A stretch of 64,000 nucleotides of DNA from Gemmatimonadales bacterium (GTDB taxonomy: Bacteria; Gemmatimonadota; Gemmatimonadetes; Gemmatimonadales; GWC2-71-9): NCBI GenBank assembly GCA_037189525.1, contig JBBCJC010000003.1:128001-192000 (forward strand). The letters run 5' to 3'. The position numbers and the translations under genes are program-made. Shown one piece after another: positions 8,527 through 18,126 of this stretch. Under the pieces are notes generated by a model. That model did not search any database, was not told where the DNA came from, and was given only the letters and a program-made list of their open reading frames with translations. The number at the start of each line of letters is the position of its first letter. Position 1 is the stretch's first letter.

Positions 8527-9132
8527 ATGATTTCACGCTCGGCCATTCTTCTCGCTGCCGTGGCGGGTATTGGTCTCGCGGCGCAGGCTGACGCACAATC
8601 CCGACCGGAAGTCGGCCTCAAGGCCGGAATGACGTTCGGCGATATTTCCAACAAGGGTGTTCTGCCCGGCTCACTCGATACCAGAAATGGAGCAGCCGTC
8701 GGGTTCTACGTTGGCGCAAACACGGGCGTGATCGGTTTCGGAGCAGAGGCCCTGTATGCGCAGCGAGGAGCAAAGTCGTCCCAGGCGCTGGCGACCGCCA
8801 AGACGCGGCTCGATTATGTCGATATTCCGGTCTACCTCAAGGTGAACTTGCCGACACCCGGGGTGCGGCCCTATCTGTTTGCCGGCCCGCAGTTCTCCTT
8901 CGAGGTCAAGTGTCAGCGGGGCAATGGCACCGAGTGCGGCTCCCGTGAGGGTGACAGCAAGACGGACTATGCCGGTGTCATCGGCGGCGGTGTTCGTCTG
9001 GGCGGTTCGTTGGGTTTGACGCTCGAAGGTCGCTACGTCTACGGCCTCAAAGATCTCAAGCTGACGACGCTGACCGACGAGCAGAGCTTCAAGAACCGGA
9101 CCTTCATGGTCCTGCTTGGTGTCGGGTTGTAG
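8527..9132 (+). CDS. Outer-membrane beta-barrel (porin/PorT-like) protein
   Basis: GGAGG RBS, a signal peptide ending ADA-Q, motifs GLKAG, LDYVDIPV and PYLFAGP, and amphipathic beta-strands. Confidence 0.8.
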   Translation: MISRSAILLAAVAGIGLAAQADAQSRPEVGLKAGMTFGDISNKGVLPGSLDTRNGAAVGFYVGANTGVIGFGAEALYAQRGAKSSQALATAKTRLDYVDIPVYLKVNLPTPGVRPYLFAGPQFSFEVKCQRGNGTECGSREGDSKTDYAGVIGGGVRLGGSLGLTLEGRYVYGLKDLKLTTLTDEQSFKNRTFMVLLGVGL

Positions 9133-9152
9133 TCGGAGGCAATACCTGAACG

Positions 9153-9188
9153 ACGAAGGCCCGCAGGGAGATCCCTGCGGGCCTTCGT
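9153..9188. terminator. Bidirectional terminator hairpin between convergent genes
   Basis: ACGAAGGCCCGCAGGGA-GA-TCCCTGCGGGCCTTCGT is a perfect inverted repeat. Confidence 0.8.
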
Positions 9189-9213
9189 GCTGTTTGGGTG
9201 TGAGTGCCCGATC

Positions 9214-9990
9214 TCACGGCGGAGTCGGATCGGGCGGAACGGCTGCCGACATCGTGCTCAACTCGTCGACCACCTGAATGGCTTCGATCCGATTGCTGGT
9301 GGGCGAAGGATGGGTCAGCACCACCGTCAGGCTCTGCCCGGGGTGCAGCTGAATGTTCGGCAGGCGGAGCAGCACCTGGCCGCCTTCTTCCCGCGTCACG
9401 ACGAGGGTTACTGAACCGGCGTCGACTTCTTTGAAGCCGGCCGCTTCCTTGAAGGAGATATCGTCGAACAACGGATTGGCCTGGGCCGTGACATTCACGT
9501 CACTGGCTCGCGGCGCGGCGTTGATGACGCGGATCCGCGCTTTGTTGGGATCCGACGGCGTCAGGTCGTCGCGCACGGCTTCGAGTTCGACCGACCCGCC
9601 GTTTTCATCCGGAACGGCCACGACGGTGTAGTGCGCGCCGTCCATGACGAGATCGGTGCTTTCGGCAAGCGGTGCTGCCGTCGGTTCCTCGGTCGGCCGC
9701 ATCCGGATGTGCGGACGGTTGTCCGCAATGGCCTGATACGGAGTGACCGCTTTGAACGCTACGGCGTTGAACACGGCGCCTTCACCGGCCTGAACGTCGA
9801 CGGTTGGTGCGCCTGGAACGGCATGGATGACCCGAACCAAGGTACGGTCGTGCTGCGCCGCGATGTCGGCCGATGGTGTGACGACCGAGTCGCCATCCAT
9901 CTGGCTGATGACGGCTCGATCATCGCCTCGCATGCAGCCGGCGGCCAATGTGCCGACTGCAAACAGCGTGGCAGTTTTCGTCAATGACAT
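9214..9990 (-). CDS. DUF4397-like lipoprotein
   Basis: AAGGAGA RBS and lipobox LAAGC; repeated VRVIHAVPGAPTVDV and IRVINAAPRASDVNV units. Confidence 0.8.
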   Translation of the reverse strand: MSLTKTATLFAVGTLAAGCMRGDDRAVISQMDGDSVVTPSADIAAQHDRTLVRVIHAVPGAPTVDVQAGEGAVFNAVAFKAVTPYQAIADNRPHIRMRPTEEPTAAPLAESTDLVMDGAHYTVVAVPDENGGSVELEAVRDDLTPSDPNKARIRVINAAPRASDVNVTAQANPLFDDISFKEAAGFKEVDAGSVTLVVTREEGGQVLLRLPNIQLHPGQSLTVVLTHPSPTSNRIEAIQVVDELSTMSAAVPPDPTPP

Positions 9991-10033
9991 GATGTCTCCT
10001 TCCGACATTGAGTGACGGGGTGCGTCGACGCGC

Positions 10034-10252
10034 TCAGAGACGCCGGGTGACCGTGTCGTCGAATTCCTCGAATTCCTTGAGCTGGCGACGGGCGTCGTCG
10101 CGCGCGAGGCCGTACTGCTCCTGCAGCAGACCGGCAAGCTGATCCCACTTGCCTTCGAGCTGGTCGAGCTGATCGTCGGTGAGCTTGCCCCATTTCTCTT
10201 TGATGCGACCCTTGACCTGGGTCCAGCGGCCTTCGATGCGATCCTTGTTCAT
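10034..10252 (-). CDS. csbD: CsbD/YjbJ family stress protein
   Basis: MNKDRIEGRWTQVKGRIKEKWGKLTDDQLD..GLLQEQYG, with a GGAGG RBS. Confidence 0.92.
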   Translation of the reverse strand: MNKDRIEGRWTQVKGRIKEKWGKLTDDQLDQLEGKWDQLAGLLQEQYGLARDDARRQLKEFEEFDDTVTRRL

Positions 10253-10397
10253 CTGATCCTCCGTAGGAAGAGTGAGACGACAAAGGCGCGAACACGCCCC
10301 CACCGGAGCGATATTCGCGCCTTCTACCTGAGGGCCCGCCTGCGGCCCCTCGATCAGGCGTGGAGTGTTTTTAGCCGGCTGCTGCTACCGTTGCCGG

Positions 10398-11276
10398 CTA
10401 TGTAAGAGTAGACGAGGAACCATTGGAGGAGTGCACACCGTCGGCGGCGTGGATGGGACTGAGGACCGGTCGCTTGGCGCGAATGCCGTCACCCGAAGAT
10501 CTGCCTCGGGCGTGTCGCCAGATCCAGGGCAGGAGATGGCGGCGCACCCAAGCGACTTCGCCCGCTACGCGTGCGCGAATCCCGGCCGGCGGCTGGTCCG
10601 GTAGTGGTGCTGCCCAGCTGCCGGAAGTGCCGGGCAGGTCGATGGCCTGGGCCAGCGCTTCCGCGATCCGGGCATGACCCAGAGCATTGGCGTGGAGTCG
10701 GTCATCGCTCCAGAGCCGCGGGTCTGAAGCAACGGGATGAATCGCCAGATCGACGAGACGGGCGCCACTCCGCGCCGACGCCGCTCGCAGCACCTGATTG
10801 AGCGTTTCGACCCGCGCGGTGATGAAGCGGGCAATCGGCATCACGGGGCTCAGGTCCGGCAACGTAAACGTCAGCACTGTCGCGCCCTGCTGGACCAGAG
10901 CCCGTTGCATGAACTCGACGTCTTCACCAACCCGGTCCGGGTCGAACCCGCGCGCGACGACATCGTTCGTCCCGGTAAACAGCGTAGCCAGGTCCGGTTG
11001 CATGGCCAGCGCCGGATCGAGTTGCTGCTCGCGAATCTGCCGGGTGCGCCGCCCGCGAACGGCCAGGTTGGCATAGAGGACGCTGCCTTGAGCTGCCGCC
11101 ACGTGCTCGGCCAGGCGATTGGCCCAGCCCCGATATCCGCCGTTGTGGTCGGGATCGTCGAGCCCCTCCGTCGAGCTGTCGCCGATGGCCACGTAGCGCG
11201 CGAACCGGCGTGGACTATCGATGCGAGACGGGGGCGGCGCGTGCGGAGACGATTGGTCGGAGGCAGGGACATGCAT
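10398..11276 (-). CDS. SGNH/GDSL hydrolase
   Basis: Block I AIGDSSTEG, block II NLAVRG, block III GTND and block V DRLHAN. Confidence 0.9.
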   Translation of the reverse strand: MHVPASDQSSPHAPPPSRIDSPRRFARYVAIGDSSTEGLDDPDHNGGYRGWANRLAEHVAAAQGSVLYANLAVRGRRTRQIREQQLDPALAMQPDLATLFTGTNDVVARGFDPDRVGEDVEFMQRALVQQGATVLTFTLPDLSPVMPIARFITARVETLNQVLRAASARSGARLVDLAIHPVASDPRLWSDDRLHANALGHARIAEALAQAIDLPGTSGSWAAPLPDQPPAGIRARVAGEVAWVRRHLLPWIWRHARGRSSGDGIRAKRPVLSPIHAADGVHSSNGSSSTLT

Positions 11277-11300
11277 GGCAGAACAAAGATAGTCGCGAGG

Positions 11301-12569
11301 TCAGCCGGCAGTAGCGAGGAACTGCGCGATGGTCTCGTACGCGTGCTCCAACTCCGCCGGGGTGACGCAGTAAGGAGGTAAGAGATAGACCACGTTGCCG
11401 AGCGGCCGGAGAAAGACACCGGCATCGAAGGCAAACGAAGCAAGCCTCGCGCCGATCGGGTCGAGATAATTCCCGCCTCCAGCCAGGTCGAAGGCCGCCG
11501 CGGTACCGAGGAGCCGCGGCCGGCTCACGCCGGGAGCGGAGGCGATTCGGGCAAGCCCGGTACGATGGGCGGTCTCGATCATGGCCCGCCGATCGTCGCA
11601 TTCGTCGTCGAGCAGCGCCAGGCTGGCTCTGGCAGCTGCGCAGGAAATCGGGTTGGCGGTGAAGGAGTGCCCATGAAAAAACGTCTTGTGCCGGTCGCTA
11701 CTCCGGAACACGTCGAAGATCTCTTCGCGCACCGCGGTGATACCGAGCGGGAGGAAGCCCCCTGTCAGTCCCTTGGAGAGACAGATGAGATCGGGCTCGA
11801 CCTCCGATGACGCGAAGAGTGGCCCGGTGCGGCCGAAGCCCGTCAACACTTCGTCGGCAATCAGCGGAATACCGTGCTCGCGGGTTGCCGCGCGTATGGC
11901 GCGTAGCGTGTCGACCGGCCAGATTCGCATTCCGCTCGCTCCCATCAGGAGCGGCTCGACGATGACGCCGGCCACGTCGCGGCCACGCTCCTCCAGCAGG
12001 CGCTCGAGCGCGCCGGCCGTGTCACCCTCGGTGGGGTCGGGCAGGCGGACGATTTCGAACAGATGGTTGGCAAAGGGCGACGTGAAGAGACCGGTGCCGC
12101 TCGCGCTCATCGCTCCGAAGGTGTCGCCGTGGTACGCGTTGTCCAGCGCGACGATCAGACGTCTCGGTTCCCCCCGGTTCCACCACAGCTGGAGGACCAT
12201 CTTGAGGGCCACTTCCACCGCGGTCGATCCGTTATCGGAGTAGAAGATCCGGGACAGCCCGTTCGGAAGGCGCGCAACGAGTTCTGCCGCCAGGCGGCTG
12301 GCCGGTTCGTGCGTGAATCCGGCAAAGATCACCTGCTCGAGCGTCCGCGCCTGCTCCGCAACGGCCTCCGCGATGACCGGATGGGCGTGACCATGCAAGG
12401 TGACCCACCACGATGAAATCGCATCGAGGTATCGCTGCCCGTTCGCGTCGTGGAGATAAGCGCCCGACGCGCTCACGATCGGGCGCACCGGCGCGGCGAG
12501 GCCATGCTGCGTGTACGGATGCCAGACGTGGGTCTGGTCGAGGGCGAGCCAGTCTGGAGACGTCGTCAT
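11301..12569 (-). CDS. bioA: Adenosylmethionine-8-amino-7-oxononanoate aminotransferase
   Basis: VWHPYTQ, DAISSWWVTLHGH, YHGDTFGAMS, IADEVLTGFGRTG and LSKGLTGG; lies in the bio operon. Confidence 0.96.
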   Translation of the reverse strand: MTTSPDWLALDQTHVWHPYTQHGLAAPVRPIVSASGAYLHDANGQRYLDAISSWWVTLHGHAHPVIAEAVAEQARTLEQVIFAGFTHEPASRLAAELVARLPNGLSRIFYSDNGSTAVEVALKMVLQLWWNRGEPRRLIVALDNAYHGDTFGAMSASGTGLFTSPFANHLFEIVRLPDPTEGDTAGALERLLEERGRDVAGVIVEPLLMGASGMRIWPVDTLRAIRAATREHGIPLIADEVLTGFGRTGPLFASSEVEPDLICLSKGLTGGFLPLGITAVREEIFDVFRSSDRHKTFFHGHSFTANPISCAAARASLALLDDECDDRRAMIETAHRTGLARIASAPGVSRPRLLGTAAAFDLAGGGNYLDPIGARLASFAFDAGVFLRPLGNVVYLLPPYCVTPAELEHAYETIAQFLATAG

Positions 12570-13750
12570 CCGGAACTCCGAAGGGCACTGTCCAGGGCGG
12601 TGAGAAGACCGTCGATGTCGCGGTCGGTGTGCGCGGCGGAGACCGTGATCCGGAGCCGCGAGCCGCCGGTCGGTACGCTGGGAGGACGAATCGCGCCGAC
12701 CAGATAACCGCGTTCCAACAGGGCATTGCCAACCGCCACCGTCCGGGCGGGGTCGCCCAGGATGATGGGAACGATATAACCCGGCCCATCCACCGCCGGA
12801 ATCAGACCAAGCCGCGCCAAACCGTTGCGCAGGTATCGTGCTGCCTGCAGCAGGCGAGTTCGCAGGTCCGGCTCCTCCGCGGCAACCATAAGCGCTGCCA
12901 GCGTTGCCGCACAGAGCGCCGGCGGTGTGCCGGTGGAGAAAATGAACGACCGCACCCGGTTGAGCAGGTGGGTCCGAAGCGTTTGCGATCCGGCCGCGAA
13001 CGCGCCCGAGGTGCCCAAGGCCTTGCCGAGCGTCCCGACCGTGATGTCGATCGATCCGGTCACACCCCAGTGCTCGGCCGAGCCGTTTCCGTTGGCGCCA
13101 AGTACTCCGGTGGCGTGGGCGTCATCGAGATAAATGGCCGCGTCGAACTGCTCGGCGAGCGGAACCAGTTCGGCGAGGGGATAGAGGTCGCCGTCCATCG
13201 AGAAAACGCCTTCGACGACGATCAGGCTGCGCCGGAAGTTGCCCCGGTCGGCCGCGAGCTGCCGTTCGAGGGCGTTCAGATCGCAGTGCGGCATGATCCG
13301 CGTCGTTGCCCGTGCCAACCGGCAGCCGTCGACGATCGAGGCGTGATTGAGCTCGTCCGAATAGATCACGTCATCGCGTTCCGCGATGGCCGGTATGATG
13401 CCGGCGTTGGCGGCGAATCCCGTGGCAAACAAGAGGGCGGATTCGGCGCCCTTGAGGCGGGCGAGTGCCGCTTCGAGTTGTTCATGCAGGACGTGGTTGC
13501 CGCCGAGACTGCGCGATGCGGTCGCGCCGAAGTGTGGCTCGGCCAGGGCGGCGCGCGCGGCGGCTGCGATTCGCGGATCGGTGGCCAGCCCGAGATAGTC
13601 GTTCGACGAGAAGTCGATCAGCGACTGGCCCGCGATCCGAATCGAGACGCCGTCGCGATGTTCGATCGTCCGGAGCTGCCGCAGCATTCCGTGTTGTCGC
13701 AGCCCATCGAGGTCGCTCTGGAGAGATCGATCGAACCGCGCGTTCGTCAT
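12566..13750 (-). CDS. bioF: 8-amino-7-oxononanoate synthase
   Basis: FSSNDYLGL, DELNHASIVDG, FSMDGD, DDAH, GTLGKALG and IRPPSVP. Confidence 0.95.
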   Translation of the reverse strand: MTNARFDRSLQSDLDGLRQHGMLRQLRTIEHRDGVSIRIAGQSLIDFSSNDYLGLATDPRIAAAARAALAEPHFGATASRSLGGNHVLHEQLEAALARLKGAESALLFATGFAANAGIIPAIAERDDVIYSDELNHASIVDGCRLARATTRIMPHCDLNALERQLAADRGNFRRSLIVVEGVFSMDGDLYPLAELVPLAEQFDAAIYLDDAHATGVLGANGNGSAEHWGVTGSIDITVGTLGKALGTSGAFAAGSQTLRTHLLNRVRSFIFSTGTPPALCAATLAALMVAAEEPDLRTRLLQAARYLRNGLARLGLIPAVDGPGYIVPIILGDPARTVAVGNALLERGYLVGAIRPPSVPTGGSRLRITVSAAHTDRDIDGLLTALDSALRSSG

Positions 13751-14418
13751 CCGGGGAACCAGGGCATCAGGGCGTCGAGCGTTGCCGTTTCGATTTCGCC
13801 GGGCGCAAAGTAACGGAGCGCAACTATCGGAGTTGCCGGCAACAGCCGCGTAAGAGCGGCCTGGTTCGATCCGGCCGATTGATCGCTGTCGTTCAGGTCG
13901 GACATCACGATGCCGGCGACGGGCACGCCGGCCGTGCCGAGCGCCGAGACGGTGAGCAGGGTGTGGCTCAGGCAGCCCAGCCGGTTGGCGGCGACCACCA
14001 GGGCGGACGCGCCTAACGCGCGGGCCAGGTCGAGATAAGTCCAGTCCCAGGCCGGGGGTGAGAGCAGGCCGCCCGCGCCTTCGAGCAGAACAATCTCGGT
14101 GTCGCGGCCGAGCTGGCGGATCTCGTCGATCAGATCGGGAAGATGGGCCGGATGGCCTTCGAGGTCGGCCGCGACGGCTGGAGTCACGGCGGCGCGGTAG
14201 CGTCGCAACGCACTGGTCGGGCGGGCTTGCCCCGTGGCGCGGGCAATCCGTACCCCATCCTCCGAGGCGTCAGGCGCCTCGGCCGGGCATCCGCTCTCGA
14301 TCGGCTTGATCGCGACGACTCGGCGTCCCGCAGCGGCGAGGCTTCGACCGAGGGCGGCCGTCACCACGGTCTTGCCGACACCGGTGTCGGTTCCCGTGAT
14401 GACGACGAAATGCGGCAT
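13747..14418 (-). CDS. bioD: Dethiobiotin synthase
   Basis: ITGTDTGVGKT P-loop, KPIESG and EGAGGLLSP. The start is ATG at 14418 inside the longer ORF. Confidence 0.95.
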   Translation of the reverse strand: MPHFVVITGTDTGVGKTVVTAALGRSLAAAGRRVVAIKPIESGCPAEAPDASEDGVRIARATGQARPTSALRRYRAAVTPAVAADLEGHPAHLPDLIDEIRQLGRDTEIVLLEGAGGLLSPPAWDWTYLDLARALGASALVVAANRLGCLSHTLLTVSALGTAGVPVAGIVMSDLNDSDQSAGSNQAALTRLLPATPIVALRYFAPGEIETATLDALMPWFPG

Positions 14419-14426
14419 TGCCGCCG

Positions 14427-15407
14427 TCAGACCACCGACAGCGCGGCTACCGTGAAGCCAGCCGCCTGGATCATCTGCAGGTCCGCTTCCCACCCGGCGC
14501 CCGGCGTGGTAAGGTAGCCGTCGATGAACATCGAGTTGGCCGGCAGCAAGGCGCGGTGTTGCTGGTCGCGCAGGTTGACCTCGCGCCCGCCGGCCACCCG
14601 GATGTCCCGCGTCGGATTGACGAAACGCATCATGGCCAGCGCACGCAGGCAATCCTCCGGCGCCAGACGATCGACGTCGGCGAGCGGGGTGCCGGGCCGC
14701 GGGTTGAGGAAGTTGACCGGGATCGACTCCACCTCGAGCGCCCGCAGTTCGAGCGCGAGGGCGACCCGGTCGTCGATCGTTTCGCCCATGCCCATGATGC
14801 CGCCGCAGCAAGCTTCCATGCCGGCCTGCCGAGCGCGCTTGACGGTGGTGACCCGGTCTTCGAAATCGTGCGTCGAGCAGATTTCCGGGTAAAACCGCCG
14901 GGACGATTCGAGATTGTGATTGAATCGGTCGACCCCGGCTGCTGCGAGCCGGTCGGCCTGATGCTGCTCGAGCAACCCGAGCGATGCGCAGACCTTGATA
15001 TTGAGTTCCGCCTTGATCTGGCGGGTCGCCTCGCAGATGACGTCCAGCTCCCGCTCGGCCGGCCCGCGGGTGCTGGTGACCATGCAGTATTTGACGGCGC
15101 CCCGACGATGCGCCTCGCGCGCGCCGGACACCAGGTCGTCGACCGTCTGCAGCTTGTATCGTTCGACCGGCGATGCGTTGGTGACGGACTGGCTGCAGAA
15201 GGCGCAATCTTCGGGACAGAGGCCGCTCTTGGCGTTGCGCAGGACGTGTACCCGCACCTCGCGTCCGTAGTAGCGTTCACGCAGGCGAAACGACGCCTGT
15301 AACAGGTCTTCGAGTTGCTCGTTGGACGAGGTCAGAATGGCCCGCGCGTCGTCGGCGCTAGCTTCGGAACCGTCGAGGATGCGGTCGGCGAGTTGGTCCC
15401 AGCTCAT
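14427..15407 (-). CDS. bioB: Biotin synthase (radical SAM)
   Basis: CPEDCAFCSQS (CxxxCxxC), FNHNLE, CCGGIMGMGE, IPVNFL and RVAGGRE. Confidence 0.96.
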   Translation of the reverse strand: MSWDQLADRILDGSEASADDARAILTSSNEQLEDLLQASFRLRERYYGREVRVHVLRNAKSGLCPEDCAFCSQSVTNASPVERYKLQTVDDLVSGAREAHRRGAVKYCMVTSTRGPAERELDVICEATRQIKAELNIKVCASLGLLEQHQADRLAAAGVDRFNHNLESSRRFYPEICSTHDFEDRVTTVKRARQAGMEACCGGIMGMGETIDDRVALALELRALEVESIPVNFLNPRPGTPLADVDRLAPEDCLRALAMMRFVNPTRDIRVAGGREVNLRDQQHRALLPANSMFIDGYLTTPGAGWEADLQMIQAAGFTVAALSVV

Positions 15408-15534
15408 GTCAGATCGAACCTTTCGAGTCCAGTGCCCGTCTCGTCGATTCCGTTCCTCGTACGCGACGGTGTCGAGGATGCCGGAGATCCGGGGCAAGAC
15501 GGGTCGGAATGTACACCGGAGTAGCGCCGAACGA

Positions 15535-16404
15535 CTACGGGCGCCGAGGATCGAACGACTGTCCCGGGAGGAGGACATGGAGGGTGACACCGCGAGCGCC
15601 CAGCCGTGCATCGGGATCGGCGGCGGTCGTGGCTCGTCTCGCGTCGTAGACCGAGATGGAACTGGCGCCACGTACCGTCCACCGGCCTTCGGGGCCGACC
15701 TCGAGCGCCGTGCCCTCGTCGATCCCGACGCCGATCAGGGTCGGCCGCTCGAGCACCGCGCTCAGGAGCCGATTGTGTCGTTCTCTCCGATGGAAATGCT
15801 GGTCGACGATGGTGCCGGGCAGGAAGCCAAGGCCGGGAACGATTTCGATCGAGCCGGCGACCACGGCGGGGTAGGTGTCGCCATAATATCCCAGACTGTC
15901 GGCGCGACGCTGGTTGCCGGTCAGCATCGAGTCGCTCATGATCGCGGCACCGGCGCTGGTCCCGCCGATGACCGCGCCAGCTTCGTAGCGGGCGGCCAGG
16001 GCATCGCGAAGCGGGGTCCCGGCGATCACGGCGGTGATCAGCACCTGGTCGCCGCCGGTAAACCAGATGCCGCTGGCCGAATCGAGTTGCCGGCCATACT
16101 CGGCCTGGCCGGCCTCCGCCCGGGTGGGGGTGAGGACCCATGCCTTGGCCCCGAACTCCCGCAGCTGTTCGGCCTTTTCGAGCCCCGACACCTCCGAGCC
16201 CGACGCCAGGGGAATCACCGCGATCCTGGCCTGGCCGGGGCCGCCCGCCAGTTCGACGAATCGGGCCACCAGCTCGTCGGGCTGTGCGCCCCCGCCTACG
16301 ATGAAGAGGTGTCCGGTCAGTGGGGTGGGATCGCCGCCTCGGGAACTGCAGGCGGCCAGGAGCCCGATGACGGTGAACAGAGTCGCCCAGCGGCCAGGTT
16401 CCAT
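15535..16404 (-). CDS. cphB: Cyanophycinase (peptidase S51) with a lipoprotein signal
   Basis: IVGGG, FTGGDQ, nucleophile motif GTSAGA, VDQHF..RER..RL and GIDEGTAL; N-terminal lipobox LLAAC. Confidence 0.85.
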   Translation of the reverse strand: MEPGRWATLFTVIGLLAACSSRGGDPTPLTGHLFIVGGGAQPDELVARFVELAGGPGQARIAVIPLASGSEVSGLEKAEQLREFGAKAWVLTPTRAEAGQAEYGRQLDSASGIWFTGGDQVLITAVIAGTPLRDALAARYEAGAVIGGTSAGAAIMSDSMLTGNQRRADSLGYYGDTYPAVVAGSIEIVPGLGFLPGTIVDQHFHRRERHNRLLSAVLERPTLIGVGIDEGTALEVGPEGRWTVRGASSISVYDARRATTAADPDARLGARGVTLHVLLPGQSFDPRRP

Positions 16405-16528
16405 GAAGATATCGTAGGGTCGGGAGGACGGGGCCGTCAAGGAGGGCCGGCGGGGATTGCCAGCGTCGAGCCCCTCGCAATACTATGCCGGAACGGTCGG
16501 CTCACGATCATCCGAGGAAACGGAAGGT

Positions 16529-17560
16529 ATGGACTACAGGCTGCTGGGCGGTTCCGGCCTCAAGGTGCCGGTCCTGAGCATGGGGACGGCGACGTTTGGT
16601 GGGCAGGGAGATTTCTTCCGCGGGTTCGGCGAGACGGAGGTCGACGAGGCCATTCGCATGGTCGATATCTGTCTCGGCGCCGGTCTCAACCTCTTCGATA
16701 CGGCCAACACCTATTCGGCCGGCCGGTCGGAGGAAATGCTCGGTCGCGCCATTGCTGGGAGGCGCAATCGGGTCCTGATCTCCACCAAGGCATCCTTCCG
16801 TCTGGGCGACGGGCCGAACGACGTGGGATCGTCCCGTTTCCATTTGATTGCTTCATGCGAAGCAAGCTTGCGCCGGCTGGGCACCGACTATATCGACATC
16901 TATCACCTCCACGGCTTCGACGCGCTGACGCCGGTCGAGGAAACGTTACGTGCTTTGGATGACCTGGTGCGCAGCGGGAAGGTGCGCTACATCGCCTGTT
17001 CGAACTTTTCGGGCTGGCACCTGATGAAATCGCTCGCGGTGTCGGACCGGTACGGGTGGGCGCGCTATGTGGCCCATCAGGTCTATTACTCGCTGGTGGG
17101 CCGAAGCTACGAGTGGGAGCTGATGCCGCTGGCGCTGGATCAGAAGGTCGGCGGGATCGTCTGGAGTCCGCTTGGATGGGCCCGGCTGACAGGCAAGCTG
17201 CGCAGAGGGCAGCCGCAGCCGGAAGTGACCCGGACCCGGTCGCGCGCCACCATGGCCGGTGCTCCCCCGGTCGACGATGAATATCTCTACGGTGTGGTCG
17301 ACGCCATTGATGAGATTGCGGCCGAAACCGGGAAAACCGTCCCGCAGATTGCCATCAACTGGCTGCTCCAGCGCCCGACCGTGGCGACCGTGATCATCGG
17401 CGCGCGCACCGAAGCGCAACTGGAGCACAATCTCGGCGCCATCGGCTGGAATCTGACCGCCGACCAGGTGGCTCGGCTCGACGCGGCGAGTGCAACGCCG
17501 CTCGCCTATCCGTACTTCCATCAGCGAGGCTATGTCGAGCGGAATCCGCCGCCGGTGTAG
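16529..17560 (+). CDS. Aldo/keto reductase
   Basis: FDTANTYS.G.SEE, STK, SLRRLGTDYIDIYHLH, GKVRYIACSN and WSPLG. Confidence 0.93.
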   Translation: MDYRLLGGSGLKVPVLSMGTATFGGQGDFFRGFGETEVDEAIRMVDICLGAGLNLFDTANTYSAGRSEEMLGRAIAGRRNRVLISTKASFRLGDGPNDVGSSRFHLIASCEASLRRLGTDYIDIYHLHGFDALTPVEETLRALDDLVRSGKVRYIACSNFSGWHLMKSLAVSDRYGWARYVAHQVYYSLVGRSYEWELMPLALDQKVGGIVWSPLGWARLTGKLRRGQPQPEVTRTRSRATMAGAPPVDDEYLYGVVDAIDEIAAETGKTVPQIAINWLLQRPTVATVIIGARTEAQLEHNLGAIGWNLTADQVARLDAASATPLAYPYFHQRGYVERNPPPV

Positions 17561-17569
17561 TCAGCGCGA

Positions 17570-17599
17570 TTGACAAGGGAAAGCCCGGGACAGTAACCT
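17570..17599 (+). promoter_or_regulatory. Sigma70-type promoter for the tRNA gene
   Basis: TTGACA (17570-17575), an 18-bp spacer and TAACCT (17594-17599), 33 bp upstream of the tRNA. Confidence 0.7.
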
Positions 17600-17632
17600 T
17601 CCCCCCGTCGGCGCCCGCAGTCTGCGCCGCGC

Positions 17633-17705
17633 GGGGCCTTAGCTCAGTTGGGAGAGCGATTGCTTTGCAAGCAATAGGTCGCCGGTTCGATCCCGGCAGG
17701 CTCCA
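17633..17705 (+). tRNA. tRNA-Ala(TGC)
   Basis: Cloverleaf with GGGGCCT/AGGCTCC acceptor stem (G3:U70), D arm GCTC..GAGC, anticodon arm ATTGC-TTTGCAA-GCAAT and T arm GCCGG-TTCGATC-CCGGC. The 3' CCA is not encoded. Confidence 0.97.
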
Positions 17706-18126
17706 TTCCATCGTTCGATTCCCGCCCTCAATTCTGTGTTCATCATCTTCCTGCTTCAGCCATCGGGCTGGGGCATTCGGCAATCCGTTCATTCGGGTGT
17801 AGATTGCGATGTTGCCCGGTTTTGGAACCTCGCTGTCGCCCTGCATTGCGACCTCGGCGTATTCCAGCAAGCTGGGCAGGTTCTTCCCAAGGTCTGATCG
17901 GCCAACGCTGCGCCCCCGCTGACCGTTCCTCGTCATGCGGGACTCCCGTCGGGTGAGCCCCAGGATCGTTCCCCGAACGGTGTGCCGGCGAAGTCAATTT
18001 TCGGTGATTGCTCGGTTTTCTCGTCGCGGCACCGCGCCCGGCGAGGCCAACATCGCGCGGGTCCGGCCCACGGTCGGGCAGCAGGGCGTGTTCACGGTCG
18101 ATCAGGACTTCACCGCGGGAGGAATC

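Noticed and set aside
13747..15207. 486-aa ORF as a BioD fusion; likewise the 576-aa ORF at 27906-29636 and the 617-aa ORF at 28358-30211
   Set aside because: The N-terminal extensions overlap upstream genes in other frames. The real proteins start at 14418, 28325 and 29803.
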